Source: a virus
Lineage: Duplodnaviria; Caudoviricetes
Reading direction: 5' to 3' (one strand)
IMG/VR virus record: IMGVR_UViG_3300044723_003063
Coordinates: 1 to 45,513 of that record
DNA length: 45,513 nt
Every line of letters starts with the position of its first letter. The stretch's first letter is position 1. Below, piece after piece: positions 39,049-45,513 of the stretch. The notes beneath the pieces are model-generated. The model was given only the letters and a program-made list of their open reading frames with translations, had not been told where the DNA came from and searched no databases. The translations under genes and the position numbers were made by a program.

Positions 39049-39612
39049 CTATTTTTTTAACTTTTTCAAAGCTTCTATAGCTTCTTCCTTCTGCTTAACA
39101 ATCTGATCAAAATTACCTTTAGACCAAGTCTCAACATCCCCTTGTTCGGTTACAAAGCTATCATTTGAGTTGTTTACTAGGTCATCTACCCACATCTCAT
39201 AGTTGGCAATCATTCCATCGATTTCTGAGTTATGGACACTATTCTGATATTCTTCAAATTTACCCTCTCTTTTAAGCTTGGATTCAAATTTTAACTGACA
39301 ATCAAAGCAGTGTCTGTTAACCTTATAGATAGGTTTATCATACTTGTCAGACATCTTCTTTTTACATTCCGGACAGAAGACAGGAAAGGAAGCCATCTTA
39401 CGGATTTCCTGCATCTTAGAAAGATTCTGCTTTACTCCGTTTTTGATAGTCCATTTACGACCATCCTCCTCCCAGATCTCTCCTTCTTTTCTATCAATAT
39501 CTTTTTTAACGTATCCGGAAGATACAGAAGTTCTATCCCCGGTCTTACCTTTAATAAGGTTCCTTAGACGGTTTACGTCTTTTTGTGAAAACTCTTTTTT
39601 TAATTGGCTCAT
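39049..39612 (-). CDS. Zinc-finger-containing hypothetical protein
   Basis: CPEC..CFDC pairs; EGEIWEEDGRKWTIKNG. Confidence 0.7.
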   Translation of the reverse strand: MSQLKKEFSQKDVNRLRNLIKGKTGDRTSVSSGYVKKDIDRKEGEIWEEDGRKWTIKNGVKQNLSKMQEIRKMASFPVFCPECKKKMSDKYDKPIYKVNRHCFDCQLKFESKLKREGKFEEYQNSVHNSEIDGMIANYEMWVDDLVNNSNDSFVTEQGDVETWSKGNFDQIVKQKEEAIEALKKLKK

Positions 39613-40109
39613 AAACCTAATTCTTTTAATTCGTTAATAACCTGGTCTGTTGACTTAAATAATATACCTACTCCTCCTCTTGAATTCCAATCATTAATTG
39701 TATCTACTCTATCATCAATCAGAATTGTATCAGGAGCGGCAAAGTCTGCTTTGTTTTTAGCAGCTTTAAATTTCATTGGTGTTCCTGGGATGTGTTTCTT
39801 TCTCCAAACAGCTTTTCCTATTCTAGATGAATCATCGTAAGAAGGAGCCGTGAGTAAGGTAGGTTTATACTTTTCTATATAAGACCATAATTTTTTACCT
39901 TCAGGCATCCAATCCATACCGGCCCAGTATCTTACCCCGGCATCATCTATGGCTTTCCAGAATGCAGTACGTCCGTATTCAGCCTCATACTCATCAGGAG
40001 GCATTTCAAAGAACTTAATAAACTGTTTTTCAAAGTCACATAGGACTCCATCCATATCACAGTAAATTTTATACTGTACCTGCTGTTCTATTAAATCAAC
40101 TAATTTCAT
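39609..40109 (-). CDS. HAD-family 5'(3')-nucleotidase-like protein
   Basis: DMDGVLCDF (DxDxV), LTAP, K, and LIDDR motifs. Confidence 0.85.
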   Translation of the reverse strand: MKLVDLIEQQVQYKIYCDMDGVLCDFEKQFIKFFEMPPDEYEAEYGRTAFWKAIDDAGVRYWAGMDWMPEGKKLWSYIEKYKPTLLTAPSYDDSSRIGKAVWRKKHIPGTPMKFKAAKNKADFAAPDTILIDDRVDTINDWNSRGGVGILFKSTDQVINELKELGL

Positions 40110-43100
40110 TAAAATTTAGGTAAAGATAAGGACGGTGCTCTTTTTCTCCAAAGATTTAGAATATCTTCTTTTTCTTCTTGGTTGATTGTATCATCATCTA
40201 TTTTAAGATTTAGATAGTCATTGAGTGTTTTAGCAAACGGTTCCTTTTTCTTTCTGGCTTTCATAGCCATTCCTTGTAACATAGCATCTACTTCAGCAGG
40301 GAGTCTGTAATAATCTGATTTAGGTAAAAAATTAGCATCAATTAATGCTCTTAGTATTTCATCATCTTCGAGCTCTTTTTGTTTTATTGCAGTTTTACCA
40401 AAGTGGGTTAAATGTTCAATCTCATGTCTTACTATATCAACAAGGTCGTAGTAGATTTTAGGCCAGTATTTAGGAAGATCATTCATATCAACTTTCATGT
40501 TAATATCAAAAGTTGGTAGTTTTGAAGGATTAACACGTTGATTTTTATTTTTCTTTTTATGCGGGAATGGATCTACTCCTGTAGGTTCTTCTACTGCATA
40601 GATGCCTTCGTCTGTAACTTCTAAATTTGCATCGATATCAAATACTATCTCTCTCCCTGTTTTATCTATAAACGAATACTCATCATCAAAGTAATTTAAA
40701 ACATCTTCTCCGCCTTCATAGTCTTCTTTCCAAGTTAGGAAAATGTCTCTTACAAGTTCACTAACTGCTACATGGTATCTTGATTTTGATTCTGTCATAA
40801 CTTCTTCTAGATCTTTCATTAATTCTAAAGAATAGGCTTTTATACCCTTACGATCATCCTCGTTTAGAGAATTTTCCCAGGACCTAAAATACATATTCCC
40901 TCTTTCGTAAGCCTCTCTTTCAAGTTCTTTCAAACGATCATCTTCATTAACGTCTGTTGTGCGGGTGTGGTGTAATCTATTTTCACAGTCCTGACAGTAG
41001 TGAATCATCTCATGGGCAAATGATCTTAGGATATCCTTAGGATGTCTGCCGGTAACATATAAAGTTATAGACTTTTCATTAGGATCGTAAAAGGCGGTTC
41101 TCCCAAAGATGTTTTCAGCATTGTTAGGGTCATCTACAAAATGAACTTCGGGTGCATCATCAATAGCTAAACCGTTCTTAACCATATATTTTGTTAAGGA
41201 TGCTATATAAGGCATCAAGGTTTCTTCTATTTGTTCGTTTACTGGTTTGTATGCAGATCCGTAAGGTGAAGATTTGCCTTTATGTTTAGCTTGAGCTTCT
41301 GGATCTATGTTTTCATTTAAGGTTTCTTCCTGAAGTCTTTCTTCGGCTACTTTATAATCTACTACTTTAAAGAAATCATCTATATAATCCCCTCTTTTGG
41401 ATTTATGTTTAAGATAATAAGCATGTTCCCAAACGTCCATAGCAATTAAGATTGTTCCTTTAAAGTCCTTATCTAAGTATGGATTATCTTGGTTAGCGTA
41501 AGATTCTATAACTAACTTATTTCCTTTTTGAATTAAGAATACCCATCCAGAACCGAATTGTCTTAAACCTGCTTCTTTAAATTTTTCTTTAAATTCAGAA
41601 ACAGAGTTAAAATTATCTTCTAGAAGTTTTTTAAACTTAGTAGAAGGTGCTTTGTAGTCAGGAGTCATATTTTCAAAATATAAAACATGATTATAAAATC
41701 CTCCACCGTTATTCCTAATTTTATTATTCTTAGGATACTTTCCTAAAATTTTCTGAATAGCTTGGATTTGGTTTTCAGCATCAACTCTAATGTTTTTCTC
41801 ATCGAGTTCCTGGTTGAGTTTATCAGTATAACCTTTAAAATGTTTATCAAAATGTTCTTCCATTGTTGCCTTATCTACATAAGGCTGTAGAGAAACATAT
41901 GAATATTTTAGTTTAGGTCTTTTAAATTTCACCCCTTCTTTTTGTTCGTTTAAAGTTTTAGATTCTCTTACATACATTTGAAGATAGTTTGAATTTTTCT
42001 TTAGATAGTCAACAACATCATCGTAGTTATCCTGCATATCATCAAATTCCAAGCCTGTGATTGGATTATATTCTTCTTCTTTGTTTTCTTCACCCTGTTC
42101 AAACCATTCTTGCTTTTCTAGCTGGTTTTTATAATTTTCAAAATAGTTAACAGCAGTTTCAATAACATCTTCGGGAACTTTTCCTATCCTCTTTAATATT
42201 ACTTTTAACATCGGAGCTCCTAAAAGTCTATTATCTTCAGGCTCTCCGAAGTAATGATCTAGTTTAGCGTAAGAAATTATAAAATAATCAAGAGGTATAT
42301 TTCCTTTAAAATTAAAATCTTGATCGGCTACTGTTCTGAAGTTTATATCTGTTGATTTTTCTCCGAAAACTTTAGTTAAAAATTGATATACTTTATCTCC
42401 GTCAATTTCTAAACCGGCTAATTGATTTGCATTTGCTGATTCGTTTTTAGAATGAAAGTTTATAAACCAGTTAGCCTGTCTTTTATCATGAGCGGTTGCA
42501 TTTTTTCTATTTTTAAGCTTCCTAGCTTTTTCAATAGTGACATCACCGCCGTACAGTTTTGAGATTTTAGCTTTTAAAGTTCCCGGGGCACCGTCTTTGG
42601 TTCTTTTTCCTTTATAAGATTCGGCAACTTTTAATTTAGGAGAGGTTCTATTTGTTCTAAATTCCGGTTCGTTTTTATCCTTACGTTTATAAGCTGTAGT
42701 CAGGTATAAGTCTCTTAAACCGTCATAACCGTAACTACCCATTGCTGAAGAGATATCAACTAGCCTGGTAAGATGGGTAAAGACTCTGTTTGAATCTTTG
42801 GGCATATCTGCTACTTCATCTCCGTACTTATCATGGATTTTAGACATTAATTCAATAACGTCTTCTTCTTCTAAACCTCTTTCAAGAACCCTTTCTTTAA
42901 AATGCTTGGTAAAATTAATATCAATATCAAGATCATCAAACATTTCATCTAGTACTTTTTCTAGGGCATTAAAATTAACTTCTTCATTTAGTTGTTCATA
43001 CCCTGGGAATAAAGCTACTACATAGTCTGAGTCTTGTTTAAATTCTACTCCCGGTACTTGCTTTTTAAGAAATGCTTTATATAAGGTATTTCTCTGGTTT

Positions 43101-44029
43101 GTAGAAATGGTTTCATCTCCTTTTTTAGAAGGTGAGTATGTAACCCCTTGAGCTTCTGTTTTATTTACATAGTGCTTTATAATATCAACAATAGTGGACA
43201 TTACCCTAAATAATTCTCCTTTATTAGTAATTGTTTTAGAAGACATAGTCCCTCCTGTGTCAGGATCCACCATACCGGCGACAAATTCTACCTCTAATAT
43301 AGGAATACCTTCGTAAACATCCCGTTCTAATTCAACATTGTATTCAAGACCGCTTTCTGTTTCAAAGCTTACTACAGTAGTTACATTATCGGTATATTCT
43401 TGTTCCCATTTGTAAGATTTGGTGCTTGCCTCGCCTACTTCATTTAGAGTTTTTGTTTCTCCGGTTAGGATATTCCAGACCTGGTCTCTTTCTCTATCTG
43501 AAAGTTCAACCGGAAGGTACCTATTGAAATCGATAAAGTCTTTATTAAGGACGGCTTTACGGGCATTAGTGCCTCTGATGGCATCTTCTCCTTTTACTTG
43601 AACGACTTCTAAATTATCAAATTTCTTTTTAAGGTTATCAAACCTTTTAACGTCTTTTAAATCTTCTTCCGACCGTACACCTACCACAAGTACAAAATAC
43701 TTGTCTGGATTGTCTCCTATCAGAGAGAAGAGTTCTTTAATCGGTGATACATCATCTGATATTCTGATATCTATATCTCCGGTTAAGTGATTTTCGTATA
43801 TGTTCCAAATATCTAAAGCGTCTTCCTTAGTGATTCCATCTCTTTCTTTATGTCCTATTAAGACTAAGGTCTTATCTACTTCAGGTTTTTTAGAGACTTG
43901 ATCTACTAAATAATAATGACCTAATGTTGGTGGTTTATATCCACCGGGTACTACGGCGATTACTTCTTTTCCTTCGGCTTGATCTTCGGTTAAGAATGGT
44001 TTTACTAAAGATTCTACTAATTGGTTCAT
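40109..44029 (-). CDS. Multidomain polyprotein-like protein: HIGH nucleotidyltransferase, RNase-like module, Fe/Mn superoxide dismutase, two HExxH metallopeptidases
   Basis: PGGYKPPTLGH (aa28-38); FTKHFKER (373-380); SOD H726, H781, DVWEHAYY (865-872); HEMIH (1006-1010); HEIEH (1202-1206). Confidence 0.85.
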   Translation of the reverse strand: MNQLVESLVKPFLTEDQAEGKEVIAVVPGGYKPPTLGHYYLVDQVSKKPEVDKTLVLIGHKERDGITKEDALDIWNIYENHLTGDIDIRISDDVSPIKELFSLIGDNPDKYFVLVVGVRSEEDLKDVKRFDNLKKKFDNLEVVQVKGEDAIRGTNARKAVLNKDFIDFNRYLPVELSDRERDQVWNILTGETKTLNEVGEASTKSYKWEQEYTDNVTTVVSFETESGLEYNVELERDVYEGIPILEVEFVAGMVDPDTGGTMSSKTITNKGELFRVMSTIVDIIKHYVNKTEAQGVTYSPSKKGDETISTNQRNTLYKAFLKKQVPGVEFKQDSDYVVALFPGYEQLNEEVNFNALEKVLDEMFDDLDIDINFTKHFKERVLERGLEEEDVIELMSKIHDKYGDEVADMPKDSNRVFTHLTRLVDISSAMGSYGYDGLRDLYLTTAYKRKDKNEPEFRTNRTSPKLKVAESYKGKRTKDGAPGTLKAKISKLYGGDVTIEKARKLKNRKNATAHDKRQANWFINFHSKNESANANQLAGLEIDGDKVYQFLTKVFGEKSTDINFRTVADQDFNFKGNIPLDYFIISYAKLDHYFGEPEDNRLLGAPMLKVILKRIGKVPEDVIETAVNYFENYKNQLEKQEWFEQGEENKEEEYNPITGLEFDDMQDNYDDVVDYLKKNSNYLQMYVRESKTLNEQKEGVKFKRPKLKYSYVSLQPYVDKATMEEHFDKHFKGYTDKLNQELDEKNIRVDAENQIQAIQKILGKYPKNNKIRNNGGGFYNHVLYFENMTPDYKAPSTKFKKLLEDNFNSVSEFKEKFKEAGLRQFGSGWVFLIQKGNKLVIESYANQDNPYLDKDFKGTILIAMDVWEHAYYLKHKSKRGDYIDDFFKVVDYKVAEERLQEETLNENIDPEAQAKHKGKSSPYGSAYKPVNEQIEETLMPYIASLTKYMVKNGLAIDDAPEVHFVDDPNNAENIFGRTAFYDPNEKSITLYVTGRHPKDILRSFAHEMIHYCQDCENRLHHTRTTDVNEDDRLKELEREAYERGNMYFRSWENSLNEDDRKGIKAYSLELMKDLEEVMTESKSRYHVAVSELVRDIFLTWKEDYEGGEDVLNYFDDEYSFIDKTGREIVFDIDANLEVTDEGIYAVEEPTGVDPFPHKKKNKNQRVNPSKLPTFDINMKVDMNDLPKYWPKIYYDLVDIVRHEIEHLTHFGKTAIKQKELEDDEILRALIDANFLPKSDYYRLPAEVDAMLQGMAMKARKKKEPFAKTLNDYLNLKIDDDTINQEEKEDILNLWRKRAPSLSLPKF

Positions 44030-44859
44030 GAATTAATAAACGATTTAACTTTTTGATTGATTGTATCTTCGGTTGCAACCATTCCCTTAACTTTTTCTGA
44101 GATTGTAAGGAATTCTTTTTCTAATTTATCGATTTGAGCATCTAAAAGTTCTTTAGTTTTTGCTCTAGTTTTTTCTCTTTTTTCTAATTCTTCCGGAGAT
44201 AAATCAGCATCATCCGTTTTTCTAAACGTAGAAGCAAACTTTTCCGGGTTAGACTGAGTTAATTCTTCTAAATACTCTTTTAATTTACCGGCTTTAACAG
44301 CTGCTTCAAAGTCTTTAATTTCTTTTTCATACTGTGAATCAGGAGCTCGGTAGAGTATGAAATTATCTCCAAGTTTAGATTTGTATCGATCAATATTACC
44401 ATAAACGTTATTCCAGGTTGATAAGACTCCTATTTTAGGAACCTTTCTTTCTCTTTCAAAGTTTCTTAAAAAAGATACTATCGGATGAGCGTAAACCATA
44501 ATCATTAAATGATCATAGTCTCCGGTATTCAAAATACCAGGTACTTCTTTTCTTCTATAAGTTCCTCCTAGCATCTTGGCCGCATTAGAGGCTGTAGTAT
44601 CCCATACAAAGTTCTTACCGGCCTGAATAGCTGCAGGAACGTCTTTATCGTCTACTTGATTAGAAGCTCTGGTAAGATTATTGAACATCGGAGAGTCTTT
44701 ATCTTCGACGTACTTATCTGGGTTAATTATTTCAAAATTGGATAAGCTAGGTTTGAGTTTATTTAAGAGGGTTGACTTACCTGCCCCGGCTCCACCGGAC
44801 ATGATTACCATCTTAGGTTTGTTTTTGTCTTCTAAAATTAAATCTACTAACTTAACCAT
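44026..44859 (-). CDS. P-loop kinase (zeta-toxin/AAA_33-like)
   Basis: GGAGAGKST, INPD, VWDTTAS, RNFERERKVP; leader MVKLVDLILE. Confidence 0.8.
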   Translation of the reverse strand: MVKLVDLILEDKNKPKMVIMSGGAGAGKSTLLNKLKPSLSNFEIINPDKYVEDKDSPMFNNLTRASNQVDDKDVPAAIQAGKNFVWDTTASNAAKMLGGTYRRKEVPGILNTGDYDHLMIMVYAHPIVSFLRNFERERKVPKIGVLSTWNNVYGNIDRYKSKLGDNFILYRAPDSQYEKEIKDFEAAVKAGKLKEYLEELTQSNPEKFASTFRKTDDADLSPEELEKREKTRAKTKELLDAQIDKLEKEFLTISEKVKGMVATEDTINQKVKSFINS

Positions 44860-44871
44860 ATTTTATAAATA

Positions 44872-45513
44872 TTACTTTGACGGGGTTACACTTAAAGGTA
44901 ACGTCTCTGTTACCGGTTTTAATTCCGGATGCATATATTTGAAGATCTCATATAAGTGACTAAATAAAGTCTTATTATCTTCTAAGGTGCCATCCATCTC
45001 TTTTATTTCCCAACCTTTACCCTGCATTTTACCATCTTTAGGTCCTCGCTTGGATGATTTTAACCATAAGATTCCTGCACGTTCAATCGGGGTATCGTAA
45101 ATCTCATTCCAGGACTGGGCATAACATGCCAGCTGTAAATCATAAGTCTTATATAAAGCGTTAGATGTCTTAAAGTCTAATAACCAGATCTCTCCGTCTA
45201 TCTCACAGATAAGATCGGCCGTACCTGCAACCTTAAGTTCATCTGAGAATAAATGAGTCTCTGTCTTAATTAAAGTAGGTTGGTAGGTTTCCCAGAAGTC
45301 AACAAATTTTAAAATCATCTTCCAGACTTCCTGAGAGTATTTAGCATTACCCCAGTCATCAAGCCACTTAACTTCCTTACCGTTAATATAATCCTCGATT
45401 GCATTATGAACTTGAGTTCCTTCCTTACCTGCTCTTCTGATGATGTAATCGGCATTGGTTCCAACTTCTTTCATCCAGCGTTCAAAAAACTTATCTTTTG
45501 GAAAATAAGATAG
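44872..45513 (-). CDS. PD-(D/E)XK Cas4-like exonuclease, 5'-truncated by the window edge
   Basis: GTQVH, AGTADL..LLDFKTS, QLACY. The frame stays open upstream of 45474 to the edge (LSYFPKDKFFERWM). Confidence 0.85.
   Translation of the reverse strand, partial: LSYFPKDKFFERWMKEVGTNADYIIRRAGKEGTQVHNAIEDYINGKEVKWLDDWGNAKYSQEVWKMILKFVDFWETYQPTLIKTETHLFSDELKVAGTADLICEIDGEIWLLDFKTSNALYKTYDLQLACYAQSWNEIYDTPIERAGILWLKSSKRGPKDGKMQGKGWEIKEMDGTLEDNKTLFSHLYEIFKYMHPELKPVTETLPLSVTPSK

Larger units (their letters stand above)
940..44871 (-). promoter_or_regulatory. Recurrent TATTTAT(A/T) promoter-like motif (about 19 sites)
   Basis: Plus-strand (T/A)ATAAATA at 940, 1476, 2021, 3780, 5724, 6878, 7593, 16562, 17350, 19552, 20726, 21473, 24761, 26406, 27823, 29760, 34168, 39038 and 44864, each just upstream of a minus-strand start. 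Confidence 0.75.

Noticed and set aside
44026-44859. Zeta toxin-antitoxin module
   Set aside because: Only the P-loop fold is evident; no epsilon-like partner, and the context is phage late genes.
44872-45513. Cas4 as evidence of a CRISPR-Cas system
   Set aside because: Standalone Cas4-like exonucleases are common in phages; no other cas genes or array in the window.
1-45513. Stop-codon reassignment, tRNAs, or a diversity-generating retroelement
   Set aside because: Genes are full length in the standard code with TAA/TAG/TGA stops; no cloverleaf, reverse transcriptase or template/variable repeat pair recognised.

Overview
This window is the virion morphogenesis region of a large T4-like (gp23/gp20/gp21/gp17/gp18/gp19-type) myovirus. 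Essentially every gene is on the minus strand and uses the standard code. In transcription order (right to left): a Cas4-like exonuclease, then a ~12 kb block of modular proteins that look like head-packaged cargo, a spanin-like pair, large terminase, portal, core proteins, prohead protease, scaffold, major capsid protein, PhoH, fibre genes including a 1280-aa Thr-rich collagen-like fibre with an S74-type chaperone, a four-gene modification operon (2OG-Fe(II) oxygenase, beta-propeller glyco-enzyme, TPR+FkbM methyltransferase, radical SAM), neck gp13/gp14, gp15-like terminator, sheath, tube, a minimal kinase and a truncated fibre gene. Several signals point to a Bacteroidota host (inference). 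The most striking signal is an apparent prohead-protease-processed cargo system. Many unrelated proteins share an N-terminal MKLxD(I/L)LxE leader, and the 1306-aa and 785-aa ORFs are strings of modules (nucleotidyltransferase, RNase-like, Fe/Mn-SOD, two HExxH peptidases, SH3-like) separated at [L/I/V/M]-x-E sites. The scaffold itself carries two L/M-x-E-flanked hydrophobic/cationic segments resembling circular bacteriocins. Other notable items are a TATTTAT(A/T) promoter-like motif, a second TTGCC/TTGCA-N17 promoter class, and two structured 5' leaders. All calls come from motif recognition by eye; no database searches were run.
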